A stretch of DNA of 63,873 nucleotides, the filler included, from Octopus bimaculoides (lineage: Eukaryota), in NCBI RefSeq assembly GCF_001194135.2. It is 7 parts of 6 records of this genome, joined end to end, with 100 filler letters (N's around TTAATTAATTAA, not from the genome) between each part and the next. Parts side by side here need not be neighbours in the genome. Positions count along the whole stretch, not along the records: positions 5,732 to 26,330 come from NC_068994.1; 6 more parts are not named here. One strand, 5' to 3'. The translations under genes were made by a program, and so were the position numbers. Each line of letters begins with the position of its first letter. Within the stretch, counting starts at the first letter, position 1. Shown piece after piece: positions 10,058-22,524 of the stretch. Under the pieces are notes generated by a model. The model saw nothing but the letters and a program-made list of their open reading frames with translations. It ran no database searches and had not been told where the DNA came from.

Positions 10058-12538
10058 ATGTCTGTGGTCGGCATAGATTTCGGTAGCCAGTCCTGTTATA
10101 TATCGGTTGCCCGGGCTGGTGGCATAGAGACCATATCCAACGAATACAGTGATAGATGCACACCGAGTTATGTTTCATTCAACGAAAAGTCTCGATGCAT
10201 GGGCAATTCATCCAAAAACCAGTCTGTAAGTAATTTCCGTAATACTCTGTTTAATTTCCGATGTTTACTTGGTCGTAAATTCAATGATCCTCAAGCTCAG
10301 GAAGAGATAAAACATTTACCATATACTGTTCGGTCGGATAATAAAGGTAATGTTCTTATTGAGGTTAATTACATGAATGATGTTTATCCATTTACACCAG
10401 AACAAATATCTGCTATGTTATTAACAAAACTAAAGAAAACCGCTGAAGTAGCGTTAAGCGCTAAAGTTGTTGACTGTGTTGTATCTGTACCTTGTTATTT
10501 CACTGATTCTGAGAGGCGTGCCCTACTTGATGCGACCGGCATGTGCGGCCTCAATTGTTTGCGACTTCTTAACGATACTACTGCAGCATCTCTTGCGTAT
10601 GGTATTTACAAACAAGACCTACCCGATGAAAAGCAAAAATCAAGAAATGTTATATTCGTCAACATGGGTTACTCTTCGCTTCAAGTATGTGTGACTGCTT
10701 TTAACAAAGGTAAACTTAAAGTACTTGCCGTGGCTTTTGACTCTCATCTTGGTGGTCGCGATTTTGATCAAGTTCTTGTTGAATACTTCATAGAAGATTT
10801 CAAACAACGTTACAAACTGGATGTTCGCAGCAAAGTTAAACCTCTCATTCGTCTTAAGTCTGAATGTGAGAAAATGAAAAAGATAATGAGTGCCACTACG
10901 CAACCCGTACAGCTAAATATTGAATGCTTTATGGAAGATAAGGATGTTTCTGGAAAACTAGAACGGGAAGTATTTGAAGACATGTGCCAACCTTTGTTTA
11001 AAAGAGCGGAAGATACAATGCGTTCTATTCTACCCCTGTCAAAATTACATTTAGATGATATTCATTCTGTGGAAATTGTTGGCGGTGTTACGAGAATCCC
11101 TGCTATAAAATGTCTTATCAAAAAGATGTTTGGAGTTGAACCAAGCACCACATTGAATGCTGATGAAGTGATTGCTCGTGGTTGTGCGTTACAATGTGCT
11201 ATACTATCGCCAACATTCAGAGTTAGAGATTTTTCTATTGTTGATTGTCAACCATATGCTGTTTCAATGAAATGGTTAGGAGGTGGTACTAGCGAAGATA
11301 ACGTTCTTGAAGTTTTCCCAAAATTTCATGTTTTTCCTTTTACTAAAATGATGACATTTTATCGGAAAGAATCCTTCCAACTTGAAGCTTTCTATTCCCA
11401 GCAAGAAACTGTTTCTACTTGTCAACCCACTATTGGCTCTTTCAAAGTCCAGAATGTTACACCTCAAGCCACTGGAGAAAGTTCTAAAATAAAAGTTCAT
11501 GTAAAAATTAATATTCATGGAATATTCAGTGTTCCTTCTGCTTCAATGGTAGAAAAGTTGGATAGTGCAGATTCTAGTGGAGAACCAATGGATTTAGATG
11601 AGAAAAAGGAAGAGGAAGACGACATGGAAACTCAAACTAATACTAGTAAAAATCCGGAACAAACAGACTCTTCTGAAACATCAATGCAAACTGATGATGG
11701 GGGAAAGCAGTCAGGCGACAAGAAAGAGCAAACCAATAAGAAAGTAAAGAAAGTGAAAATGATTGATTTACCTGTCGAAAGTATTGTTCCACAACTTAAT
11801 AAAACCCAGCTTCATGCTTGTGTTGAAAAAGAAAACCAAATGATAATGCAAGACAAGCTTGAGAAAGATCGTGTAGATGCTAAAAATGCCGTTGAAGAGT
11901 ATGTTTATGAGATGCGTGATCGTTTATATGGTCCACTTGAGCAGTTTGTTGAAGAAAGTCACCGAAGCGAGTTCAGTAAAATGTTGGATGATGTAGAAAA
12001 TTGGCTTTATGATGAAGGAGAAGATCAGTTAAAACAAGTGTACATAGACAAACTTGCACATCTTCAGAAATACAGTAATCCTATTTGTAAACGATATCAG
12101 GAAGCAGTAGACAGGCCAGCTGCCTTCCAATCACTGGGTAGTGTGTTACAACAGATACGTAAGTTTTTAGATTTGTATGCCAAGAAGGATGAACAATATA
12201 GTCATATTAGTGATCAGGATGTGAATACAGTGAGTAAGGCTTTGAAAGAGAAGAGCGAGTGGTTTGAAAAAAGTCAAAATCAGCAGAACCAAAGAAGTCC
12301 TTTTGAAGACCCTGTTGTTACTTGCTCTGAGATCAATTCTCAACAACAAAGCTTGGAGTCAACATGTATGCCAATTATAAATAAACCAAAACCGGAACCA
12401 AAGAAAGAACCACCACCTCCTGAAAGTCAAGAAAAGAATTCTGTTCCAAATGAACCAACAACACAGCAACAGAGCCAAACTGACCCATCTTCTCAGCCCA
12501 AACCTGAAGAATCAGATCCAACTATGGAAGTTGATTAA
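10058..12538 (+). CDS. HSPA4: HSP110-family chaperone/nucleotide exchange factor (HSPA4/HSPH1-like, 826 aa), intronless CDS
   Basis: MSVVGIDFG, IETISNEYSDRCTP, YGIYKQDLP, EIVGG.TRIP, STTLNADE..ARGCALQCAILSP, acidic insertion, DAKNAVEEYVYEMR, WLYDEGEDQ and C-terminal PTMEVD; uninterrupted frame; the symbol is family-level, paralog identity is not established. Confidence 0.97.
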   Translation: MSVVGIDFGSQSCYISVARAGGIETISNEYSDRCTPSYVSFNEKSRCMGNSSKNQSVSNFRNTLFNFRCLLGRKFNDPQAQEEIKHLPYTVRSDNKGNVLIEVNYMNDVYPFTPEQISAMLLTKLKKTAEVALSAKVVDCVVSVPCYFTDSERRALLDATGMCGLNCLRLLNDTTAASLAYGIYKQDLPDEKQKSRNVIFVNMGYSSLQVCVTAFNKGKLKVLAVAFDSHLGGRDFDQVLVEYFIEDFKQRYKLDVRSKVKPLIRLKSECEKMKKIMSATTQPVQLNIECFMEDKDVSGKLEREVFEDMCQPLFKRAEDTMRSILPLSKLHLDDIHSVEIVGGVTRIPAIKCLIKKMFGVEPSTTLNADEVIARGCALQCAILSPTFRVRDFSIVDCQPYAVSMKWLGGGTSEDNVLEVFPKFHVFPFTKMMTFYRKESFQLEAFYSQQETVSTCQPTIGSFKVQNVTPQATGESSKIKVHVKINIHGIFSVPSASMVEKLDSADSSGEPMDLDEKKEEEDDMETQTNTSKNPEQTDSSETSMQTDDGGKQSGDKKEQTNKKVKKVKMIDLPVESIVPQLNKTQLHACVEKENQMIMQDKLEKDRVDAKNAVEEYVYEMRDRLYGPLEQFVEESHRSEFSKMLDDVENWLYDEGEDQLKQVYIDKLAHLQKYSNPICKRYQEAVDRPAAFQSLGSVLQQIRKFLDLYAKKDEQYSHISDQDVNTVSKALKEKSEWFEKSQNQQNQRSPFEDPVVTCSEINSQQQSLESTCMPIINKPKPEPKKEPPPPESQEKNSVPNEPTTQQQSQTDPSSQPKPEESDPTMEVD

Positions 12539-13031
12539 TTTTACATTTTCTTCCAAATCAAAGTTGCTGTTAGTTATGTAAGTTTGTGTTGTTGTTTATT
12601 TCACATCTTTTTTGTTCTTATTATTCAGCTAGATCAGCATATATTTTCAGAATATTTTACTTTTGAAACCAAGAAATATTTCAGTGTGGAAAAAAACCAC
12701 TCTGCATTATTTGAATTTTCAGTAAGATTTTAATCTTGTGAAAATGACTGAAAATATATTAGAACATTATTTTTAAAAAACTGTCTAGAACAAGGGAAAA
12801 AAAATGAAATGCTTCTAAAATGCTAAGGAACATTGCACATGTAACAAAAGTTTCCTTTAGGAAAATATTTGATGGAAATGTACTGTTTTTTTCTAATTTT
12901 TTCAGTTTTTTTTTTTCCATGCTAGCATGGATTGGATAATTCCACAATTTGAATTATTTGTAAAAATTTATAAATATCTGTAAGACTTTTTTTTTTAATT
13001 ATACATTGATAAAAATATAAATAACCTCAAA

Positions 13032-13037
13032 AATAAA
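13032..13037 (+). terminator. Candidate HSP110 polyadenylation signal
   Basis: AATAAA about 500 bp after the stop codon, followed by GT-rich sequence. Confidence 0.4.
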
Positions 13038-14397
13038 TTGAGTTGTTAGTTCATGTTGACAGTATTTTTATTGAGACTACAAATAATTTTTTTTTTTTTT
13101 TTTTTTTNNNNNNNNNNTTTTTTTTTTTTTTGTTTTTGAAAAGTTAAAAATAAATTAATTAATTACGCCAATAAAATTAGGGATGATTAATAATTACAAT
13201 CTGATATGTTTTATGTTTACATGGATTTTTAGTAACTATTGCCTGATTGTTGCAAGGCATTTCTAAACAAGACTTTATTCAATGAATAATGCTACAACTT
13301 AAGGGAGGCCACTTGACCATTACGTTAGACAATTGTCTAAGTCATGCAGAATCACAACAGAAGAAAAACTATAAAAGTAGCAATAGCAAAATTCTCACTG
13401 GAATTGAATTTTATGTTTATACAATTTAATGTAGTGAAAGTGAAATGAAAATATTATAAATGAAGTCTTTCAGGTTGTTTGATAGTTCTGTTTGAAAAAT
13501 AAAATTCACCAGTAGGAGTGATAACCATTGCAGAGTTCAATGAGATAATCTCAGTGTCTCTTCCACTCTAATGGTCTCTATTATCATGGAATGAAAAATA
13601 AGAGCCAGGAATGTTACTGATGTCCGGAATAGAAACAAAAAATGGTAAGTCCAAATCTGCAATCTTAAATGTTTTACCTGGAGACATTCAGCATCATCAC
13701 AAGTCTTGAAGTGAGACCATCTTTACAAGTTCTTTACTTTTCCACACAAAGCAAACTTGTTATTATATTTCAATAGTTCACTTTCCTCTGCTTAAGGATT
13801 CACTTTTGCATGCTGTGCATGTTTTTTTTTTTTTATAAGAATAGGTTTTGGGAGAAACCAGCCAAGACGGTGTCTAAAAATGAATGGAGTGTCATTGGCA
13901 ATAGTTAAGAGCAGATACTAAATTGGATGCAGTTCCCCCAAAAATATCTTCCCAATGAAAAGTCTTGTAGATTCTCTGACTTTGAAGCCAAAATATTGAC
14001 TTCCATAGTATTTGATTACCTGTTTCCTCTAGGGTTATAAGGGTTGATTTGTATGCATTATACAATTTCTTGTTTTATAAAATTCCATACTTTGTAAATA
14101 TGACTTGAGTTCCTCTGTCACTGTGGACAGCTAAAGGATAGTTTTTTGAGATGTCAAACATGTGTTTGAGAAAGGATATCAGCTCAAGGAAAAAACGAAT
14201 AGGCAGTGGTGAGTTTTCATCAACTACTGTTAAAATATTCACATTACCTTTCTTTTAAGATACCAACTGTTTTGGTCCCCAAAATACAATGAGATGTGTT
14301 TCATAGTTGGAATAGCTTTTTCCAGGTATTGATATTAAGAATTGTAAAATTTAGGTCTTATTTCAGCATATTTGGAAGTCATAATAAATTTATGAAT

Positions 14398-14555
14398 ACA
14401 GGTGTGGTTGTGAAGCTTGCTTCCCAACCATATGGTCCTTAGTTCAGTTCTACTGCACAGCACCTTGAGCGTCTTCTACCTATAGTTTTGGGCTAACCAA
14501 AGCCTTGATAGTGAATATTTAGATGGAAACTAAAAGAAGCCTATTGTATATCTCT
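14398..14555 (+). mobile_element. SINE family 1, 5' half
   Basis: GAAGCTTGCTTCCCAACCATATGG..AGTTCAGTTCTACTGC..GGAAACTAAAAGAAGCC. Confidence 0.7.
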
Positions 14556-15299
14556 CATATAAAATGCAATATTTCACAATATGGTCACGCTAGTAGAGGG
14601 AAACTAAAATGACAAATAGAATGGGAGTGAGTGACAGTCAATGATGCTAAATGCAAGTGAAATGTAGTGAGTGATTGTGCTCTGAATTAGCTGCTGCAAT
14701 ATATTTCAGATCCAATCACGTTGGTAGAGGGGAAAGTAAAATGACAATTCGAGTGGAAGTGAATTGGGAGAAAGGAAAGTATAAGAAATAAAGTGAGTGG
14801 GATATCTGAGTTTGTGTTTACCCTTGTCTAGGCATCATTTGATGGTTGTAAATGAGTATCATCACTGTACAAGTGATGTTTGTTTCTAGCTTTCCATGAA
14901 AAACTTGTCTAGCTGTGGGAAAATATTACCTTACTTGGAAACAGGTGAGTGTTGGTGACAAGAAGGGGCATTTAGTCATAGAAAGTCTGCCTTGACAAAT
15001 TCTGTCTTAGCCATGCAACCATGGTAAAGAGTATGTTAAAATGGTGATTAATAGAAAATGGAAGTTTTTTTTCTTTTACATTATGCAACAATCTTCTTTT
15101 GCTTGGCCTGCATATCAAATTTTATCAGGAATTGTAAAGAAATTTCTTCACAATTCATGAAGGATTGCAAAGCATTTTGTTGAGCAACATAGCCCATTTG
15201 AAACAAGACATTAATTAATACATTCATTCTCTTTTCTATGTGAATAAAACTTCAATTCTCCAATATTTTCCATTCTTTATCGTACATTTTACAAGATTT

Positions 15300-18200
15300 C
15301 ATCATCATTATTCAACATTTGTCTTCTATGCTGACATGGGTTTGGCAGGTCAACAGGATCTGATGAACATGAAGATTGCATTGAGCTCCAATGTCTTTGG
15401 TATGGTTTCTATGACTGGATACCCTTCTTAACACTAACCACTTTACAGGGTGTGGTGGATTTTTTCCATGCCACTGGCAGTAGTGATGTCACCAAGTAAC
15501 TTTCAAGACTCAGCCCATTGACATTGTAGGGTGCATAACTGAGGGAGTGGCTTTGTGTCAAGATTTGAAAGGCTAAAGTATGATAGAAGGACAGGAACAG
15601 ATGTCTTGCAGTGGAAGAGATACATGGCTGTCCCAGCAGGAAAGGAAGAAAAGAAATGAGGTTTTTGGGTGTACCTTCAAGGTACAGGAAAGTGGATAAG
15701 CAGAGAATTGAGGATGACTAGGTAGGTCGGTGAGAGTATGAATGGAGAGTAACAAATGGTTAGAGATCGGGATAAAGGTGAGTGGCAAACATTGGTAGAG
15801 GCATGGCCAATTGGGACTCAGTTTGGGGAAGTTAAAGGAAAATAGGAGTCAGGAAGAAGGAGGTCGTAGGTAGCAATACATTAAAAGGTGGAAAGGTAGA
15901 GAGCAACAATATAATAAAACCTTGAGATAGATGGAAAATAGATCATGTGAAGTGTGAAGAAAGGAGATGCAAAGAGGCACTTAAAAGATGGATAGAGCAA
16001 ATGACAAAAAAATAGGGGATGCTGCTAATGACACATGCATAGTTCTGGGAAAGGGATGTCAAGTGTGCAGGATGAATGACAAGAGAAATGGTTCCAAGAA
16101 GCAGGATGACTGGTAGCACAAATATGGGGATTGACAATGTGCAGTTCTACTCTCATAATTACAGCAGCTGGGCAAATAGTGCCATAGTTAAAAAGGTGAT
16201 TAGTGATCGAGGGATGGGTGTTATGAAGATGAGTTGTGGAGAAGGCTTGACATATACAGATTTGACATATAGACAATGATATGCTTTTAGGTCCTAATTT
16301 TTACTGAGCTTGATGTGTCTTCTCAAGCAAGGTGGATTGTCAATCATCTTGGCCTTTGTCATCTCTTACATGAGGCTCAACAACCTGAGGTTGGTCTTTA
16401 TTTAATTTCTTGTCTTCTTAAGCCTCACCTCTTCAACAAGTTCCAGACATATCAAATGGTTATATGAGCACAATCACACTACACCCAATTTCTCTTACAA
16501 CTAATTTTTTTGTCAATACATTTGCACTTTGTCATACATTCTCACTGACATTGGTCATCCAGCAGAGTATACTTGTTTCATTTCTTTCTAGTCTTTGCAT
16601 GTCCTCTGCATTCATGGCCTACCATGTACCATTGTTGTTCATACACAAGCATCTCATCAGCTTTTCACTCTGTAGGGCCTTTTGTTACTAACTGACGTTA
16701 TACCTCTGTGAACTTTCTCCAGCCAATTCATATCCGAGCAACTATACTTTCATAATATCTTCCTCCACTGCTAATTCACCTAAGTAACAGAAACTGTCTA
16801 CTATGTCAATGGGTCCTCTTGGGCATTCAAGAGAGTCTATTTACCCTGAGTTCTTGGTGCTTATTACTCCGTGCATCAGCCACAAAGTCTTCTTTCTGTG
16901 TTAATCGTCTTGTGATTCCATCACACCTCTTGTGTCTAAACTTTGGTACTGGGTACACAGTATGGAATTTTTTCTACTTATACCTTTTCTACATATCGAA
17001 CAGTGCTATTTTCCTGAACTGATTAGCATACTGTCTGTTTGTAAGACTTTGGTCTTTGTCAAGCTAACTGTAAAGGCCTTTCATTCCAGGTTTTGCTTCC
17101 ACACCTCGAATTTATTTTCTAATTCTACTGCAGATTCAGTTATGGACAACTGGTCCTCAGTTATTTCTGGATGTCTTTGATGAATGGGAGGGGATTGAGA
17201 GCCAAGCCTTGGTGAACTCTTACCCGCACTTCAAATTTGTTACTGCACTTATTACTAACTTTCACCCTACTGACCACATCTCTATACATTGCTGGGACAG
17301 CTCTTGCCATTCATTTATCTACTAGCTTTTGCCATGACTACAGATCAAAGAGTGAGAGACCCTGTTAAAGGCTTTCTCCAGGTTAGTGAAAGCCAAGTAC
17401 AGTAAATATTTCTGAAATTGCCTTACTACAAAGACAACAGTAGTAATTCTCCCTGGCACAAAACCAAACTGCATTTCATCTAGTCTTATTCTCTTTAGAA
17501 CATCTTTCTGTAACACTCGTGACCTGGTCCAGCATTTTGATACTTTTTTAACTACTACTCTATAAGTCATTCCTATACAACCTGATTGATGATAAAGTGA
17601 CTTTGGTATATCCCACTCTGCCAAATATTTTAAGCTCCTCAACTATAATTGCTGATGGATCAGGGCTTTCTCTGTTTTCATATTCTTAATTGCTTTATCC
17701 ATCAAACTGCTGTAAACTAGAATTGCTGGTCTCTCTGTTGGGTTCACATTTGGAAGGCTCTGTTTCTTCCATACTTTCTCCACATTTAGTAGCCTTTCAT
17801 AGCATTTGCATTCTCCCTTTCAGAATCAAGTGTAATGTACTATGACCCCATAATAAATCCATGCACATTTTTCTCCCTTAATGTCTCCATTTCTTTTGAC
17901 TCTTTGTCTTGCAATGCAAAACACCTTGTGCATCTTGTCCTCTGGTACTCATGCTGTAGAACAGGGCTGGCCAACCTGAGGCCCACAAGCTGCATGTGAC
18001 CCACAGACTTTTATCTTTTGGCCCACTTGATACTTTCTTGAAATGGGTTTATTTAAACAAACCTTTTTAAAATTTTATCAAAGATTAAAGATTGTAATAA
18101 AAAGTAAAAAAGATACTACTGTTTTTCCAATGACGATATTTCATGTTGAATCAACGATCATTCATTCATTCATTATTGTAATAATAGCATGAGAAAGCAA

Positions 18201-18330
18201 AATGCTTTCAATTCTGCCAGTATACAAGCGGCCCTCAAAAACCTTTTCGTGATTAAAGTAGCACGCAATGTAATTTGAGTTAGCCAGGCCTGCTGTAGAA
18301 CATCAGCAAACCTCTTCCTTTCTGCACTTC
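15300..18330 (-). mobile_element. Decayed RTE-clade LINE (RT, C-terminus and long 3' UTR with GAT tail)
   Basis: Minus strand RIRLDEMQFGFVPGR..LEKAFNRV, IVDSFCYLG; 3' tail shared with family 2 at 15300-15530; many stops and frameshifts. Confidence 0.8.
17962..18292. mobile_element. hAT (Charlie-like) MITE, 331 bp, with 8-bp TSD
   Basis: TIRs CAGGGCTGGCCAAC / GTTAGCCAGGCCTG; identical TSD CTGTAGAA at 17954-17961 and 18293-18300; nested in the RTE. Confidence 0.88.
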
Positions 18331-18499
18331 CATTTGCTATTTTTACTTATCTATCTATTTATGTTTATATCAGTAATGCTTATATAGCACTCACTTTGAA
18401 TAGATGCAGCAATTGTAACATGAATGAATGATGGTAGATTAATATGAGGACAACTGATACAATATGTCTGTTGGCAAACGCTCATTGAAACCTTTTCAG

Positions 18500-20985
18500 A
18501 TTCTGAATGCCATCCCCCCTCTCCATGTCCCTTACCACTTTCTCAGTTGGTCCTCTCAATGTAGGCATATTGAAAGGTAGGTCTGGAGAGATTGTTCAGA
18601 TGCTTGAATGGAGGCATGTTGATGTGTGTATTGCATTCAAGAAGTAAGGTGGAGGGGAGCTTCAGCCAGGTTCCCCACAGTCAAGAAACATAAGTATAAA
18701 ATCTTCTGGGACGGTAACAGTGACAGAGTAGGTGTGTGGGCATACTTCTAGCAGAGAAATGTGTGGATGAGGTGATTGAGGTAGTAAGAATTTATGATAG
18801 AGTATTTAAGTTTAAACTAGTTTTGAAGAGTAGTACAGCAACAATTCAGCCTATGCCCCACAAGTGGGTCTGCCAGATGAACAAAGTGACCGTTTTTATG
18901 ATATTCTTTTGCAGGCTACCTCAAAGACAAATGAAAATGACCTCATCTTCAGGGCTGGTGATTTCAGTGAACATGTTGGGCAGAAGCTGGGTATGGGGGC
19001 CATGGAATTGGTTCTCGAAATGAGGAGGGAACAAGTTTACTGGAGTTCTGTGATGCAAATAACCTAAAGGTCTGCAACATCAACTTCAGGAAACCAGCCA
19101 GTTACCTGATAGCATCAATCAAGTGACCATGCTAGCCAGGTTGATTACATTCTCACCATACAGCGAGATGCATGGTTGCTCATAAATGCAAAGACTTTCT
19201 CTGGTGAAGTGTGCATCCCCCAGCATAGATTAGTCACTAGCGACTTCAGGCCAGAAGGATTCAAAGAAGCAGACCACACTGGAAATGAAGGATTTGGAAG
19301 CTTAAGGCTCTTTTAAATGATCAGAGATTTAGGGACATTTAATTGAGAAATTTAACAAGGGGGAGGAACTACAGACAGGTAACATAGAGGGCAACTGGTT
19401 GTCCCTATGGAACAGCTTGCTGAGGGTTACAGATGGAATCTGTGGCTGGTGCAAAGTCCCAACTAAACCTAGGGTGATGTGGTGGTGGAACAGTTGTTGA
19501 CAAGGCCATCAGAGTGAAAAAAAAGTAGCAGCAGAGAACTACATCAGGTAGCTAGAAGATAGGCATACTTAGCCAGGGAAGAAGTTTATCAATGTTCTGT
19601 GACTTGAGGTGTTTTGGATTGCAAGACAGTGTGTCAGAAAATTGTGATGTAGGAAAAAGGTGTGTGTTCACTTGCAGTTAGTGATTTTGCAAAGAAGGAG
19701 GCTTGGAAGTGTGCCACTATGAAAGGTTGCTAAATGTAGAGAATTCATGGGAGAAGGAGAACCTGCCTGACTTGGACCAAACAGAGGGACTGGCTATCCA
19801 AATCAACATTAGCCTAATGGATAAAGTAATTAAGGATATGAAAACAGAAGATCCCTGGCCCTTCAAGAATCACCACTGAGATGCTTAAAATATATGGTAG
19901 TGTAGGTTATGATCTAGTCACCTGTATACTTAATCAGATTGTTCACGAGGGAGTCGTATCCTACAACTGGTGTAGCAGCATTATAGTCAACTGCTACAAA
20001 GGTGAAGCAGAAATACAGAAGCATCAAATTGCTGGACCAAGTACTGAAAGTTACAGAAAGGGTCATAGCTCAGTTGATAGGTAGAGAGTTAGCCTAGATG
20101 AGATGCAGTTTGGATTTGTGCCAAGAAGATGCACCACCAATGCTAACTTCCTGGTGAGGCAACTGTAGGGGAAGCAATTGGCCAAAAATAAACCTCTGTA
20201 CTCAGTTTTTGTTGACATGGAGAAAGCCTTTGACTGGATCCCCTGCTCTTGTGGGCGATGCAGAAGATAGGGAAAGTTGAGAGCTGTTCAAGCCATGTAC
20301 AGGGATGCTGTCAGTAAGATCAATGTCACCAATGAGTATAGCAACGAATTTAGTGGGAGTCCACCAAGGATTCAGTTCTCAGTCCCCTCTTGTTTATCAG
20401 TCTTCCAGGCTATAACAGAAATTTAAGGTTGGCTGCCCCTGGGAGCTCCTCTATGCCAATGACCTTGTTCTTATTGCTGAATCACTATCAGAATTAGAGA
20501 AGAAATTTCAGCTATGAAAGCACAGACTGGAATCAAAGGGCCTTAGAATTAATTTAGCAAAGACCAAAGCCCTAGTAAGTTGGAAAACAAACAAATCACA
20601 AGTCCCTTCAGGGAAATGGCCCTGCTCAGTGTGTAGAAAAGCTGTTGGTAGAAACTCCATATAGTGTACCCAGGACAAGGTATGGACACATAAGAGGTGC
20701 AGTGGTATCACTGGAAGATCAACAGAAAAAGACCTCTCTACATGTGGCAGATGTGCAAGTACATTAAATACCAGGAATGTACAAGAAAAAAAGAATAGTC
20801 TAAGTGGTGGAGGTAACGAAGCACCTCTCCCTCAGAATGAAAGGCAGATTGTATGATGCCTGTATACAAACAGTTATGCTACATGGCAGTGAGATATAGG
20901 CTGTGACTATTGAGGATATGTGAATGGTTAAAAGAAATGAAGCCAGTATGCTCTGCTGGATAGGTAATGTCAGTATGCATATATG
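18500..20985 (+). mobile_element. Decayed RTE LINE (APE endonuclease + RT)
   Basis: LNVG.LKGRSGEIV, GILLAEK, AGDF, QHRLVTSDF, LDEMQFGFVPRR, FVDMEKAFD, LLYANDLVL, KGRLYDAC; frameshifted. Confidence 0.88.
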
Positions 20986-20987
20986 AC

Positions 20988-21140
20988 AGGCTTCTTTCAG
21001 TTTCCGTCTACCAAATCCACTCACAAGGCTTTGGTTGGCCCGAGACTATAGTAGAAGATACTTGCCCAAGGTGCCACGCAGTGCGAATGAACCCGGAACC
21101 ATGTGGTTGGTAAGCAAGCTACTTACCACACAGCCACTCG
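20988..21140 (-). mobile_element. SINE family 1, 5' half
   Basis: Reverse complement of GTGGCTGTGTGGTAAGTAGCTTGCTTACCAACCACATGGTTCCGGGTTC...GAAAGAAGCCTGTC. Confidence 0.85.
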
Positions 21141-21767
21141 CAGCATAAATTATTTTTGAGATAACATATACTTAGATAAATTGGTACTTCTATATAAAAT
21201 CACAGTTTTTTGATTCTACTTAACTTTGTCGCTTTCATTATCTTTCCCATGGCATGTGGAACTGTGGCAGCTAGAACCTCTGCTTATTAAATTAGAATTG
21301 ATTGATGTAAGAAGAAGAAAGGCTAAAGATAATAATATGAAGTGGATTATGAAATAGAAAGGTTTCAAGTTTGTTGTTGGTGATTTCATCAAAGTATTTT
21401 TGATTTTTAGATCAATCCATTTCTTGTCAATATTGAAAAAAACAAACAATAAATAAATGAAAAAAAAAAAACTACTGAAAAACAAAACATAAAATCAACA
21501 TTTAGAACTATGATCTGATTTCTTGAGATATCTCATCAACGATAATTATCTCTCAATCATTGCCTTTAAACAATACTTAAGTTAGTGTTAACCTATTCAA
21601 TGAACGAAGCAATTAAAAAATTGATATGAAATGATTATGCAGAGAAGGAAAATAATCAATATTAATCAATAACTAATATTATTTTAATTATTTCATCATT
21701 GCATAATTATTTCTAATTAGCTTCTAAATACTCTCTTCATTAAATATGTTAACAGTAAACTGAACTA

Positions 21768-22197
21768 TTGTTTTTCACCCATGCCAATGTCGTCTCCTTC
21801 ATTGGACACATAACTCGGCTTGCGAAGACCTGTTGGGGCAAGCGAAAGCGAAATTGTGATGGCACCTGTGCCCAGCGTCGCCTTCCTGGCACGTGTAAAG
21901 ACATTTGAGTGAAATCGTTGCCAGTGCTGCTGGACTGGCTCCTGTGCAGGTGGCACGTACAATACACCATTTTGAGCGTGGCCGTTGTCAGTACCGCCTG
22001 ACTGGCCTTCGTGCCGGTGGCACGTAAAAGCACCCACTACACTCTCGGAGTGGTTGGTGTTAGGAAGGGCATCCAGCTGTAGAAACTCTGCCAAATCAGA
22101 TTGGAGCCTGGTGTAGCCATCTGGTTCACCAGTCCTCAGTCAAATCGTCCAACCCATGCTAGCATGGAAAGCGGACGTTAAACGATGATGATGATGA
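21768..22197 (+). mobile_element. SINE family 2 (RTE tail), young copy
   Basis: Ends CATGCTAGCATGGAAAGCGGACGTTAAACGATGATGATGATGA. Confidence 0.88.
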
Positions 22198-22520
22198 GAC
22201 ATCAGAAGTAGTGTCCAAGAGGGAAGACTGTGCTAGTATGTGTATGGATGAGGACAGCAGCTGCATCAAGAAGTCCTGATTTTTAATTATGGAGGGAATG
22301 TGTGGAAGTCATAGACCCCGAAAGATATGGGATGAAGTGGTGAGAAAGTATCTTTAGATGTCAGATGTTGGGCCTCACAGAGTTTGCTGTGCTTGAGAAG
22401 GTATGTCAAGCCAAGTAAAATCGTGGTTGTCTTTGCATACAAGCATGACCCCCAGCATCCTTTTTCAGTTGAGCAATCCTAATCTTGCAGGCTTGTGGGT
22501 GCTGATGCTATGTAAAAAGC
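22196..22520 (+). mobile_element. RTE LINE C-terminal fragment, probable continuation of 18500-20985
   Basis: DIRSSVQEGRL..SCIKK..HRPRKIWDEVVRK resumes about 15 codons after the upstream break. Confidence 0.65.
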
Positions 22521-22524
22521 ACCC

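Noticed and set aside
13087-13131. Homopolymer after HSP110 as a retrogene poly(A) tail
   Set aside because: It is poly-T on the sense strand and contains a gap
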